NCBI GenBank assembly: GCA_963634865.1 | Contig: CAVHDF010000001.1 | Location: 22,294 to 86,293 of the forward strand | DNA length: 64,000 nucleotides | Direction: 5' to 3' | Origin: Eggerthellaceae bacterium | Lineage (GTDB): Bacteria > Elusimicrobiota > Elusimicrobia > Elusimicrobiales > Elusimicrobiaceae | Shown: one piece after another, positions 26,586 through 38,730 of the stretch | Numbering within the stretch: position 1 is the first letter of the stretch | Layout: each line of letters opens with the position of its first letter | Notes under the pieces: generated by a model | The model's database searches: none | Told to the model about the DNA's origin: nothing | What the model saw: the letters and a program-made list of their open reading frames with translations, nothing else | Made by a program: the position numbers and the translations under genes

Positions 26586-29500
26586 ATGACACTTAGAAAT
26601 TTAAGAAAGTTTTTCTCTGGCAAAACGGTCTTGGCGGCTGTTTTGCCGTTGTTATGTTTAGCGGCGGCGCTGCCCGCCTTTTCCCAGACGGCAGAGATTC
26701 GCGCGGCCGGCGTGTATTATAAGGACGGCGCCAACGATATCAACAGCGTGTACTGCAATTGGGACAGCGCAGATATCGTCTCTGACGCAAATTACAGAGG
26801 GGCTGTCACCAATGTGGGGAAGCACCAGACCAATGACCCGTGGGATACCTCGGCCTTGATTGAATACGACCAGCCCTATCCTTCTCCGAAGGATCCGAAC
26901 AGCTATCCGAACCACTGCTTGGCAATGTGCTTTGACGTATACTGCACCAACAAACCGGCCGGGCAGAGCACCTATTCCATCGCTTTCCCGATTCAGCGCA
27001 TTCGCTTTGATATTGCCCGTTATTATGGCTCTAAAGACATTGTCAACCCGGATACCAACCCGGCCATTCGCACAATTAATATGTCCATTATGGACAACAA
27101 AATTAACGGACAGGGCGACCCCTTGGATGTGAAGAATTTTATGTGTGGGTCTTATCACTGTTATGGTGCAGATCCGAATTTTGATGAAACAACCACTTGC
27201 CCTGCACCAAAGTACTATTGTTACGGTGATTCGGATGATTCTGATTGTGTCACGCTGGATGGAAAGACCTCCGCGAAAGTTGTAGACGTTTGTGTAAAAA
27301 GAAAAGCACACGGAACCATGAAGGATACAAGCACCACTTCCAATTGCGTTGTTTTTGACAATAACGGAGCTGCGTATGGAGAACCGATGCGTTTCTGCAC
27401 CTCGTGGGACGGCTCGTATGAAATCATGGGCGAGTTCGGCAAGACCAACGGCCAGTTTGGCTTCCGCGCCAATGTTCACACCGATTTCCCGGGCGACGGG
27501 GACGCTATTGAATCCATTACCATTGATGATACATTCCTCTACCCCGGCGATGCCCAGTATCCTATCCAGGTAGACGTCACCAACGTGCACACGGTACGCG
27601 CCACCGCCACGGTGGTGGGGGTGCTTACCCCGGTACAGGCCACGCCGTACTCTATTGCTTATCGCCTCAGCAAGGACGCTGATGTACGGATGCAGGTGTT
27701 TGACGCTTCGGCCCAGATCCCGTGGACGGGCAGCGACGGCAATGCCACGGGTACTTTCCCAGGGGCCTCGGACAACAGTGCTGCCAATTTGATTTTGGAA
27801 CAGGGCTCCGTGGTACGCCACGTCATTGACTGGCAGCCGCGCTTGGGCGAGGGAATGAAAGGCTCCGACAATGACAAATATATTGTGGAGTCCGAGCAAT
27901 GGGACGGCCGCGATGATAACGGTCGCTTGTTGCCCGCCAACAACTATTTGATTTCTATCCAGGCCAAGAGCCAAGACGAATGGCCGGGCACGGACTTCTC
28001 CCGCGCCGTTACGCGCCAAATTTCGTTGGATCCGCTCAAGCTGACCGACATCCGCGTGCAAGGGCTGAACAAACAGTCCACGGCGTATGCCACTGTGCGC
28101 TATATTCCCACGGAAGGCTCCAAAGTATATTTTGAAGTCTATTCCCCGGGCACCACGTTTGACAGCACTTATACCAAAGGCTATGAAGCCACGGGCACGG
28201 CCCCGGCCGTCAAGACCGGCACGGGCGTGTTGGTGTACCGCAGCGAACAGCAGCGGGCCCGCGCTTTGGACTACCCCGACAAATGGGACGGTCTGTGCCA
28301 CAACGCCAGCGGCTGCGACATCCCGTATGCCGAAGGCACCAAATTGCCGATTTCGGGCACGATTTTTGACGGAACGACCTGCACGGACGGGACCGTTACC
28401 AATCGCAACTGCGTAGTTTCCTATGCCAATGGCGCTCCGTTGCCGGACGGCGACTATGTCTACGTCCTGTGGGCGGAAGTGCCGTACACGGATACCTATT
28501 ATAATGGCGCCGCGTGCTACCCCAATCCGGCGGGTTGCACCACTCCCCGCACGGATGATACGACGACGGCGCAAAACGGCACCTTTACGGGCGTAAAAAC
28601 CCAGCGCTATTACACGGGCGTCTTGCCGGTGGAACGCGGCGTGGTGGACATCACCATTCAGCCGGTCAGCTATTCCACCATTGGCTCCAGCCCGACGGCG
28701 TACGGTTTGGATCCGTTCATCTTTAAATACTCTATCGCCCGTGAGGCCGTGGTCAATGCTTATGTAAAGAACACCGCCGGCCTGACGGTTAAAACTTTGA
28801 CGGACGAGGGGGGTAACACCAATGTCGCCCAGCAAATGAACACCTTGTCTTGGGACGGGCGCGACGACCAGGGTCGCATGGTAGGCCCCGGCACCTATCT
28901 GTTTGTGGTGGAAACCTCGGACCCGATGTTCCCCAACAGCGTCAAAACGCAAGCGTCGGCGATTTTCCCGGTGGACCTCTACCGCGTGGTGGACGTAAGC
29001 ACCACCGACGTGTATGGCGACAGCGAAGCCAAGGCCACGATAAGCTATTCCTTGTCTAAGGCCATGGCGGTGCAGGTCAACGTATATAATAAGGACGTTG
29101 TCATTCCGGCTCCCAAAGCCACGGGCAATGTGGAAACGGAGTCTTGGGGTACGGTGCCTGCGGCGGTGATCAATAAACTGGGCGCCCAACTGCCCGGTTT
29201 AGCGGCCAGCACGGCAATTCCGGCGACGGTCACCTCCACCTTTGTGACGGGGGACACCTTAGGGTATAAGTACTTGTATACCACCCCGGACTTTGACAAT
29301 ACCACAAAAACCTATACCTACTACCGCGTGCGCAAAAATGTAACCGCTGTGGACGAAGCCGCCAATACCGAAACCTATGTGGTGGATGAAGTCTTGACCT
29401 ACACGGTAACGGTGGAACAATGGCCGCCGCGCGTGTGCGATTTAACCACGGACGGCGCTGCGGGGAACAAATTCTTCCACGCCAACGGCTATGTGGACCC

Positions 29501-31307
29501 GGCCACGAACCCGACTTGTATTTATGTAAACGACAAGACCTTTAAAAACTATCCGGCCAATGCCAACGCCGCCAAGTATAACTATACCGAAGGCGCCGCG
29601 CAAACGCTGGACGTGCGCTTGCAACCGGTCAAAACCTTTAACCGCTCGGCCAACCGCGCGGGCGACGGCGTGCGCATTACCGAGGAATGGGACGCGCAAT
29701 ATTTCTATAACCCGACCCCGGTGTCTATCTTGGACGGTGGCAAAAACTCCGTAGAGGCCGTCAACGCCTGCAAAAACGCGACGGACCTGACTAAATGCCC
29801 CTATGAAATGGTGCCCGACGGCCAGTATCCGTTCTACATTGCCGCGCAGACTGACGAAGCGGTGGACTTGTATTACGACCGCACCACGGCCGCTCCGTTC
29901 CGCGATACGGACGACGTGATTCGCCAGACCGGCTTGTACGCCACGGATAAACCCGTTTACCGCGTCAATGTCACCCGCGGCCCGGTGTACTTCTTGGACG
30001 GCACGGTGGCGGTCTACCCCAATGCCCCGCAGTTGTTCAACACTTCGTCCGGCCCGGTGTTTGTGCCGCCGTACGAAATCAACTTTGCTATCTCCCGCGC
30101 CGCTACGGTGGAAGTGGCTATCGTCGCACTGGAAAACAACCTCTGCACCACCACGACCACGCCGGGCGCCACGGGCACCAATGTGCAGTATGCCAAAGCC
30201 GGGGACGTGTGCAAATACTTAAGCACTATGACCATTGTCAACAGCCCCAACTTTGACCCTAATGTGACGCGCAAAATCTATTGGGACGGCACCGATAACA
30301 ACGGCTACTACGTGCGCAACGGCAATTACGAAATCCGCCTGACCGCCAAGAACTACCCCGACGCGGGCTTGTATCAGCCGACCGTCAAGCAAATCACGCA
30401 GAATGTGGACTTGCTCAAGGTGTATGACTTGCCGGAGACGGAGGCCTATGCCATTAACAAACGCGGCACCGATATGAAGATTTCTTACCAAATCTCCGTG
30501 CCGATGAAAGTGGCCATCCAAATCTTTAAACCGGGTACCACCATTTATGACTATCAAAAAGGTACCCTGCGCGACCCGGCCACGGGCAAAGAAGTGACCG
30601 ATATCAATGACGTTTTGGTGCGCAGCATTGTGGGCATTCGCCCGTCCACCACGCTGATTGAAGAAGTGTGGGACGGCACCGACTATGCCCAACAAGACGT
30701 GCCGGACGGCACCTATCCGTTCCGCTTTGTCACGGCGCTGGAATCGGCCGATATTGACACCATCACCGGCGAGATCATCCCCGGCGACGACGCCACCACC
30801 GGCGCAGACCGCAACTGGAAGATTGACCACGTGGCCGATACCTTCCAATATGTCAACCTGCACCGCGCCACAGTGGCCATCGGCGACGGAGAGTTCGTCT
30901 GCGAGGATTGGGAAAAGACGGTCTTCTTCTACCCCAACCCGTTCAAGACGCCCACCGGCACCATGGAAATTACCAAGCTGCCTGTGCCCGGCAAGATGTC
31001 CATTAAGCTGTATAACTTGGCCGGCGACTTGGTGCGCGAGGGCGGTTACCAGTGCGTGGACGCCAACAATATGACGGTCACCATGGGCAACAGCATTGAC
31101 CTCAGCCCGGATAACACCGTCAGCAACACGGTCTACAACGGCACGATGCCCACCCTGCGCAATGCGGCCCTGCGCTGCTTCTGGGACCGCACCAACGACC
31201 ACGGCAAAAAAGTGGCCCGCGGCGTGTACTTTGGCTTGGTGGACTTTAGAGCCCAAAACGGCAGACAACACTGCCAAAAAGTAGTGAAGATTTTGATTCC
31301 CAGATAA
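26586..31307 (+). CDS. Giant exported protein with repeated FlgD-Ig-like modules and T9SS-like C-terminal domain
   Basis: Signal peptide; about eight WDG-type motifs (e.g. WDGRDDQGRMVGPGTY); ends FYPNPF..IKLYNLAGDLVR..WDRTNDHGKKVARGVYF..KILIPR. Confidence 0.85.
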   Translation: MTLRNLRKFFSGKTVLAAVLPLLCLAAALPAFSQTAEIRAAGVYYKDGANDINSVYCNWDSADIVSDANYRGAVTNVGKHQTNDPWDTSALIEYDQPYPSPKDPNSYPNHCLAMCFDVYCTNKPAGQSTYSIAFPIQRIRFDIARYYGSKDIVNPDTNPAIRTINMSIMDNKINGQGDPLDVKNFMCGSYHCYGADPNFDETTTCPAPKYYCYGDSDDSDCVTLDGKTSAKVVDVCVKRKAHGTMKDTSTTSNCVVFDNNGAAYGEPMRFCTSWDGSYEIMGEFGKTNGQFGFRANVHTDFPGDGDAIESITIDDTFLYPGDAQYPIQVDVTNVHTVRATATVVGVLTPVQATPYSIAYRLSKDADVRMQVFDASAQIPWTGSDGNATGTFPGASDNSAANLILEQGSVVRHVIDWQPRLGEGMKGSDNDKYIVESEQWDGRDDNGRLLPANNYLISIQAKSQDEWPGTDFSRAVTRQISLDPLKLTDIRVQGLNKQSTAYATVRYIPTEGSKVYFEVYSPGTTFDSTYTKGYEATGTAPAVKTGTGVLVYRSEQQRARALDYPDKWDGLCHNASGCDIPYAEGTKLPISGTIFDGTTCTDGTVTNRNCVVSYANGAPLPDGDYVYVLWAEVPYTDTYYNGAACYPNPAGCTTPRTDDTTTAQNGTFTGVKTQRYYTGVLPVERGVVDITIQPVSYSTIGSSPTAYGLDPFIFKYSIAREAVVNAYVKNTAGLTVKTLTDEGGNTNVAQQMNTLSWDGRDDQGRMVGPGTYLFVVETSDPMFPNSVKTQASAIFPVDLYRVVDVSTTDVYGDSEAKATISYSLSKAMAVQVNVYNKDVVIPAPKATGNVETESWGTVPAAVINKLGAQLPGLAASTAIPATVTSTFVTGDTLGYKYLYTTPDFDNTTKTYTYYRVRKNVTAVDEAANTETYVVDEVLTYTVTVEQWPPRVCDLTTDGAAGNKFFHANGYVDPATNPTCIYVNDKTFKNYPANANAAKYNYTEGAAQTLDVRLQPVKTFNRSANRAGDGVRITEEWDAQYFYNPTPVSILDGGKNSVEAVNACKNATDLTKCPYEMVPDGQYPFYIAAQTDEAVDLYYDRTTAAPFRDTDDVIRQTGLYATDKPVYRVNVTRGPVYFLDGTVAVYPNAPQLFNTSSGPVFVPPYEINFAISRAATVEVAIVALENNLCTTTTTPGATGTNVQYAKAGDVCKYLSTMTIVNSPNFDPNVTRKIYWDGTDNNGYYVRNGNYEIRLTAKNYPDAGLYQPTVKQITQNVDLLKVYDLPETEAYAINKRGTDMKISYQISVPMKVAIQIFKPGTTIYDYQKGTLRDPATGKEVTDINDVLVRSIVGIRPSTTLIEEVWDGTDYAQQDVPDGTYPFRFVTALESADIDTITGEIIPGDDATTGADRNWKIDHVADTFQYVNLHRATVAIGDGEFVCEDWEKTVFFYPNPFKTPTGTMEITKLPVPGKMSIKLYNLAGDLVREGGYQCVDANNMTVTMGNSIDLSPDNTVSNTVYNGTMPTLRNAALRCFWDRTNDHGKKVARGVYFGLVDFRAQNGRQHCQKVVKILIPR

Positions 31308-31319
31308 AAATAGGAATTT

Positions 31320-32288
31320 ATGAAGATGAAAAAATCATTTCTGTTTGCTTGTTTAACCTTGGCCTTGGCGGCTCCGTCCGCCTGGGCCGACAGCTATGCC
31401 GATGCCGGTACCAGCGCGAGCGCGTTTTTGAAAATTAACGCCGGCTCGCCCCGGGCGCAGGCCTTGGGCAATGCCTATGTGTCTATTGCCGACGGGCCGG
31501 AAGCTTTGTTTTGGAACCCGGCCGGCGCGGCCTCTGCCACCACCAAAGAAATCCAGTTTGCTTATTTGGACTATTTGCAAGGCTATAAGGCCCGCACCTT
31601 GGCGTATTTGCAGCCCATGGGCAAAACCATTATCGGCGTAACGGCCAACTACATGGATATGGACGGCTTTGACTACCGCGACGAATCGGGCCGTGCCCAG
31701 CCGGTGGTCGGCAAACCGGTGCAAAACTTTGTAGGCAGCCTGTCTTTGGCGCGCGGGTTCTTTAACCAGGGCTTGCAGCTGGGGGCGACGGCCAAGTACA
31801 TCAACGAAAAATTGGATACCTACCGCTATACCAACGTCGGTTTTGACGTCGGCGCCAAGGCCCGCCCGTGGAAATGGCTGGGCTTGGGCGGTGCGATGGT
31901 CAACATTGGCGACAAAGACGAAATGCCGCGCGGCTGGCGCGTGGGGGCCGATATTGACACCAAATATTGGACCTTGTCGGGTGAATATATGAAATACCGC
32001 GACGACAAAGGCCGCTACGGGATTGGCTTGGAAGTGCACATTCCCGAGGACTTGCTGCAGGTGGCCCGTTTTGACTTGCGCGTCGGCTATTACGACCGCG
32101 AAAGTACCGGCTACAGCGACAGCGAAAACTTAAAGAGCCTGGGGTTGGACTCCACCTCTAAAGTTTCCTTTGGTTTTGGTATTTACAGCTCCGAACTGTT
32201 TGGGTATGGCGCCAGCATTGATTACGCCGTGACCCCGTTCGGTGCGTTGGGCACCTCGCAGCAGATTGCGGTGTCCGTGCAGTTTTAA
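31320..32288 (+). CDS. PorV/PorQ-like (FadL-type) outer-membrane barrel
   Basis: FLKINAGSPRAQALGNAYVSIADGPEALFWNPAG; DYAVTPFGALG; C-terminal Phe. Confidence 0.85.
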   Translation: MKMKKSFLFACLTLALAAPSAWADSYADAGTSASAFLKINAGSPRAQALGNAYVSIADGPEALFWNPAGAASATTKEIQFAYLDYLQGYKARTLAYLQPMGKTIIGVTANYMDMDGFDYRDESGRAQPVVGKPVQNFVGSLSLARGFFNQGLQLGATAKYINEKLDTYRYTNVGFDVGAKARPWKWLGLGGAMVNIGDKDEMPRGWRVGADIDTKYWTLSGEYMKYRDDKGRYGIGLEVHIPEDLLQVARFDLRVGYYDRESTGYSDSENLKSLGLDSTSKVSFGFGIYSSELFGYGASIDYAVTPFGALGTSQQIAVSVQF

Positions 32289-32323
32289 GGCGTAGGGCCG
32301 CCTAAGCGGCGGCGGGAATACAA

Positions 32324-32518
32324 GTGAAAAAACAAAGCGGCGTTTTGCAACGCGTTACACGCGGTAAAAAAGGCCAAACCGCCATAGAGTATGTCATTAC
32401 GGCGGGCGCTTTGTTTGGTGCGTTTTTAGCGTTTTATGCCTTGTATTCCAACTTGGTCCCGCAGCAGTTTGACCAAGGCGCCAAAGTGATTTTGTCGGTA
32501 TACGATACAGGTAATTAA
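32324..32518 (+). CDS. Flp-type pilin
   Basis: KKG/QTAIEY followed by hydrophobic helix. Confidence 0.8.
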   Translation: MKKQSGVLQRVTRGKKGQTAIEYVITAGALFGAFLAFYALYSNLVPQQFDQGAKVILSVYDTGN

Positions 32519-32541
32519 TTTTAAAAAATCAGGAGGAGTTT

Positions 32542-32766
32542 ATGAAGTTTATCATTGCCATGCAAAACAGATTAAACGCCGTAAAACAAGCCGCGTTTAA
32601 TTGCGTCAAAAAACAAGAAGGTCAGAACACGATTGAATACATCATCATGCTCGGCGTGGTGGTGGGTATCGCCTTGCTGGTGGGTACGCTGGTTAAAAAT
32701 ATGATGCCGGAACTCTTTGAAAACATCAAGAGCAAAATCATCGGCGGCATTAACTCCGGCGACTAA
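32542..32766 (+). CDS. Flp-type pilin (probable major pilin)
   Basis: EG/QNTIEYIIMLGVVVGIALLV; strong AGGAGGAG RBS. Confidence 0.88.
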   Translation: MKFIIAMQNRLNAVKQAAFNCVKKQEGQNTIEYIIMLGVVVGIALLVGTLVKNMMPELFENIKSKIIGGINSGD

Positions 32767-32777
32767 TTCGTAAGAAT

Positions 32778-33266
32778 ATGAAACTCTTTCGTAGGGGGCG
32801 TGCGGGGCAGGTGACGGTGGAATTGATGCTCATTCTGCCGGTGCTGATGTTGATGATATTCTTTATTTTGGAATACGGCAACATCGCCTACCACACGATT
32901 ATCGCCAACCACGCCTCCTATGAATTTGCCCGCATCGGCGCGCTGACCGGGGTCAAAAAACCCAGTGGCCGCCCCAATGTGAGCACGATGTTAACTAAAA
33001 TTAACGCAGCCAAACAAAAGGTGTTCGGCGCCGACGCGCAGCGCATTACCGTGCGCGTCAAGGTGCAGTCCACCGGCCGGGACCCGTTGTATTCCCGGCA
33101 TACCCATGAAGATGTTATTGTGACGGTGACGTATCCGGTGCGCTTGGCGTTCCCGGGGACCAGTTGGCTTTTGGCCAGCGACCCGAAAAAAGAAGGCATC
33201 CGCAAAATAGAAGCCACTACGCGCATGCCGCTGGAAAAGGTGTACGCCAGCTCAGACCAAAAATAA
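32778..33266 (+). CDS. TadE-like pseudopilin
   Basis: RAG/QVTVELMLILPVLMLMIFFILEYG, ARIGA, VTVTYP. Confidence 0.88.
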   Translation: MKLFRRGRAGQVTVELMLILPVLMLMIFFILEYGNIAYHTIIANHASYEFARIGALTGVKKPSGRPNVSTMLTKINAAKQKVFGADAQRITVRVKVQSTGRDPLYSRHTHEDVIVTVTYPVRLAFPGTSWLLASDPKKEGIRKIEATTRMPLEKVYASSDQK

Positions 33267-33313
33267 GTGGCGAAAATTTGTTTTTATTATACTGGGAGTA
33301 ACTAGGAGAAAAG

Positions 33314-34066
33314 ATGAAAAAAGGAATTATGCTTCCGTTGGTGTTGGCAATACTTGCCGCCCTCGTTTATGCCGTGATTGTGCATAGCGCTGAAAAGAAA
33401 TTGCAGGCTTCTAAGAGCATCAAAACGGTGCTGGTGCCCGTGCGCGATATCAAAGAGCGCGAGGTCATCAAGCGCGACTATTTAAAACGCGTGCAAGTGC
33501 CGGCCGCCTACGTGCAAAAGGATGCTTTTACGTGGACGACAGATGCGGACTTTGCCAAAATTGACAATGCCATTGCGCGGGTGCAAATCCCCAAAGGAAA
33601 CCAAATTTCCAAATATGCCGTGACCTCGCTTTCTCCCGAGGCCGGGCTGTCCAGCAAAATCCCAGTGCAGATGAGAGGCTTTGTTATTACGGTAGATTCC
33701 AACATGGCCAGCATGATTAAACCCGACGACAACGTGGATATCTTGTTGACCTTTGAAGCCGTCATGAAGAGCGGCGCCCGCCAAAAAGTGACGGTGACGC
33801 TGCTGCAAAACGTTAAGGTGTTGGGCGTAGGCTCAGACTTGGGCCAAGGCTTAGACGCCAAGGGCGCGGCTGCCATGAAGAGCAAGGAAGAGGACGCCTC
33901 CGCCTATACCGACACCAGCGCACTGAGCTTGGCGCTTTCTCCGCGCGATGCGCAGTATTTGGCTTTGGCCAAAGACGAAGGCACCCTGACGGTCATCTTG
34001 CGCTCGCACGGCGACGTGACCAATTACTTGATGGAGATTGCCACCTTTGAAAAATTATTTCAATAA
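33314..34066 (+). CDS. cpaB: Flp pilus assembly protein CpaB/RcpC
   Basis: N-terminal TM, SAF-like VLVPVRDI, IKPDDNVDILL, LLQNVKVLGVG, LTVILR. Confidence 0.88.
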   Translation: MKKGIMLPLVLAILAALVYAVIVHSAEKKLQASKSIKTVLVPVRDIKEREVIKRDYLKRVQVPAAYVQKDAFTWTTDADFAKIDNAIARVQIPKGNQISKYAVTSLSPEAGLSSKIPVQMRGFVITVDSNMASMIKPDDNVDILLTFEAVMKSGARQKVTVTLLQNVKVLGVGSDLGQGLDAKGAAAMKSKEEDASAYTDTSALSLALSPRDAQYLALAKDEGTLTVILRSHGDVTNYLMEIATFEKLFQ

Positions 34067-34072
34067 ACAGGA

Positions 34073-34819
34073 ATGACTAAACTTATGAAATTTACAACGA
34101 AAATTACACTGTTTGTTTTGCTTTTCTCTCTGGCGTGTCCGGCCGCGTTTGCCAAAAAGACGCGTCTGGTGGCCGTCAGCGCCGACGTGGTGGAAATCAG
34201 CGGTACCATGACCACAGCCAAAGGTTTTGAGTGGAACCAAATCTTTGACTTTGAAGAGGCCAATATCCCGGGCATTTTGTCCTTGGGTGAGTTTGAGCGT
34301 AAAACGGCCGTCATTACGCGTTTGCGCTTGTCTGAGACCGAAGGGCGCGCCCAGGTGCTCTCCAACCCCAAGATTGTCACCAGCTCCGGCAACAGCGCCA
34401 AAATTACCGTCGGCGGTAAAGTGCCTATACCGGTGGTCAACAACCAAGGCGTAGGTTCCCAGCTGGAAGAATACGGCATTTTGCTGAACGTGCTTCCCAC
34501 CATCATCCCGGAGCGCGGCAACATCATTGATTTGCAGGTGCAGCTGTCGGTATCGTCGGTGGACTATTCCCGCACCGTGTCCGTGGGTACGGCTACGGCT
34601 CCGTCTTTCACCAACCGTGACGTAGAAACCCATGTGGAGCTCAACAGCGGAGAAACCTTGGTCATCGGCGGTCTTAAAAGCAGCGCCCGCAACGTCAGCG
34701 AAACGCGCGTGCCGTTCTTGGGCCGCATTCCGTTGATCGGCATGTTCTTTAAATACAAAGACGTAACCGAAGAGCAACGCTCGCTCTTCTTGTTCATTAC
34801 CGTAGAAGTGGTAGAGTAA
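34073..34819 (+). CDS. Minimal secretin (secretin core domain only)
   Basis: AQVLSNPKIVTSSG, EYGILLNVLP, GETLVIGGL, RVPFLGRIPLIGMFFK, LFLFIT. Confidence 0.88.
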   Translation: MTKLMKFTTKITLFVLLFSLACPAAFAKKTRLVAVSADVVEISGTMTTAKGFEWNQIFDFEEANIPGILSLGEFERKTAVITRLRLSETEGRAQVLSNPKIVTSSGNSAKITVGGKVPIPVVNNQGVGSQLEEYGILLNVLPTIIPERGNIIDLQVQLSVSSVDYSRTVSVGTATAPSFTNRDVETHVELNSGETLVIGGLKSSARNVSETRVPFLGRIPLIGMFFKYKDVTEEQRSLFLFITVEVVE

Positions 34820-34829
34820 ACTTAATTTT

Positions 34830-37097
<2,268 letters not shown>

Positions 37098-37098
37098 C

Positions 37099-38727
37099 AT
37101 GATGAAAAAGACCCTTTTACTTGTACTGGGATTGGTTTTCGGTTGGAGCTTGCTGGCTCCGCAGGCCGCGTCGGCCCGCGGGTTGGACCAGCGCGATAAA
37201 CGCCGGATAGAGTGCGCCATGTTTAAAATGCAGGTTTTGGCCAACTATTTTGACGTGAACAAACCCGCCGAAAGCAAAACCTATGAATATCCGGCCGTGT
37301 GCGGGAGCAACTTGGCAGGCAAAAAAATCAAATTGCCCGACTGGTTCCCCGCCGAATTGGAACGGATGGACAAAGTCAAAGTGGTCTACATTGAAAAGGA
37401 AGGCACCTTGAGTGAGGCGACGCTGTGGTTCCGCACCTTTTCTAACGTTTATACCTTTTTGGACCGGGCCAACAATGCCTTAGACCCCAGCCAGCCCGTG
37501 GTGCTGGAGCAGCTTTCCCGCGGCTACGTCAGCAACCGCATCCGCTTGGTGGGCAACTTAGACCGCCTCAACAAAGAGTTGGTGCGCGGCAAAGAGGTCT
37601 TTAGCATGAAAGACAGCATGCAGGGCCGCGCCCGCGCCATGCTGGCCACCTTGGAATTTATGAACCGGGAATTTTACAGCACGGTGGAATCTTTCACCAG
37701 CCCGGCGGCGCAAAAAGAAGACAAGTACCGCCAATCCGTCATGGCGGTGGTGGTGCTGGCCAATGAGTTGTGGAGCGAGTTCCGCGCCGCGCCCATTCCC
37801 ATGAATCCGCCCGATTCTCGGGTTTTTAAGGTGACCGAAGGCGAACGTTTGTGGAACACGTTGCTGTTGGTTTTGGGCGCCGTGTTGGCGGGGTATGCGG
37901 TGTATTTGTTGCTGGAAAATAAGAGAGAGCCCCTTATGGACGCGTGGGACCGCTACCGCGAAAAGAGCGTCATGTGGGCCGATGATTTTAACCGCCAGTT
38001 TTTGACCATTGACGTCAAATACATTGTGTTTGGCACCTTGGGCGTATTTGCCTTGTTTGGGTTGATGATGGGGTTTTCCATGGGCGGCTTTGGCGGGGTA
38101 TTTGTGTTCCTGCTGGTGGTGGCGTTGGGCGCGGTGGTGTCTATCCGCATGCCGGCCATTGTGCTGGACAAACTCAAAAAGAGCCGCGGGCGCAAAATTA
38201 ACGCCCAACTGATGGATTCTTTGATTTTGCTGTCTAACTCTTTGCGCTCGGGTATGGACATTGTGCAGGGGTTTGAAATGGTGGCGCATGATTTGCAGCC
38301 GCCTATTGCCGATGAATTTGGGCTGGTGGTGAAGAACTACCGCTTGGGTACGCCGTTTGAAAAAGCCTTGGAAGGGTTGGATGAACGCGTGGAAAGCCGC
38401 ATGCTTTCCTACATTATCAAGGCCATTATCATCCAGCGCCAGGTGGGTGGTAACTTGACGGTCATTTTTGCCCGCTTGGTGGAGAACATCCGCGAAGAAA
38501 GCAAACTGGAAGAAAAGCTGGACGCTATGACCGCCCAGCAGAAAATCCAGGCCATCGTGGTCGGTATTATGCCGGTGGTGATGTTGGGCGTAATGTTTAT
38601 GTTCCGCCCGGGTGAAATGCTGGCTTTTTACAGCACGGCAGTGGGCTTGTTTGTCTTGTTCTTCTGCTTTGTGTGGATTATGATTGGTATGAAGCTAATC
38701 CAAAAACTTGGGGATGTAAAGGTGTAA
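37099..38727 (+). CDS. TadB-like platform protein with large N-terminal exported domain
   Basis: C-terminal QLMDSLILLSNSLRSG, PPIADEF, IQRQVGGNL, AMTAQ; N-terminal signal peptide plus ~230-aa soluble domain. Confidence 0.85.
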   Translation: MMKKTLLLVLGLVFGWSLLAPQAASARGLDQRDKRRIECAMFKMQVLANYFDVNKPAESKTYEYPAVCGSNLAGKKIKLPDWFPAELERMDKVKVVYIEKEGTLSEATLWFRTFSNVYTFLDRANNALDPSQPVVLEQLSRGYVSNRIRLVGNLDRLNKELVRGKEVFSMKDSMQGRARAMLATLEFMNREFYSTVESFTSPAAQKEDKYRQSVMAVVVLANELWSEFRAAPIPMNPPDSRVFKVTEGERLWNTLLLVLGAVLAGYAVYLLLENKREPLMDAWDRYREKSVMWADDFNRQFLTIDVKYIVFGTLGVFALFGLMMGFSMGGFGGVFVFLLVVALGAVVSIRMPAIVLDKLKKSRGRKINAQLMDSLILLSNSLRSGMDIVQGFEMVAHDLQPPIADEFGLVVKNYRLGTPFEKALEGLDERVESRMLSYIIKAIIIQRQVGGNLTVIFARLVENIREESKLEEKLDAMTAQQKIQAIVVGIMPVVMLGVMFMFRPGEMLAFYSTAVGLFVLFFCFVWIMIGMKLIQKLGDVKV

Positions 38728-38730
38728 ACC

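Noticed and set aside
26658..29189. 843-aa minus-strand ORF
   Set aside because: Antisense shadow of the giant gene, expected from biased codon usage; no motifs
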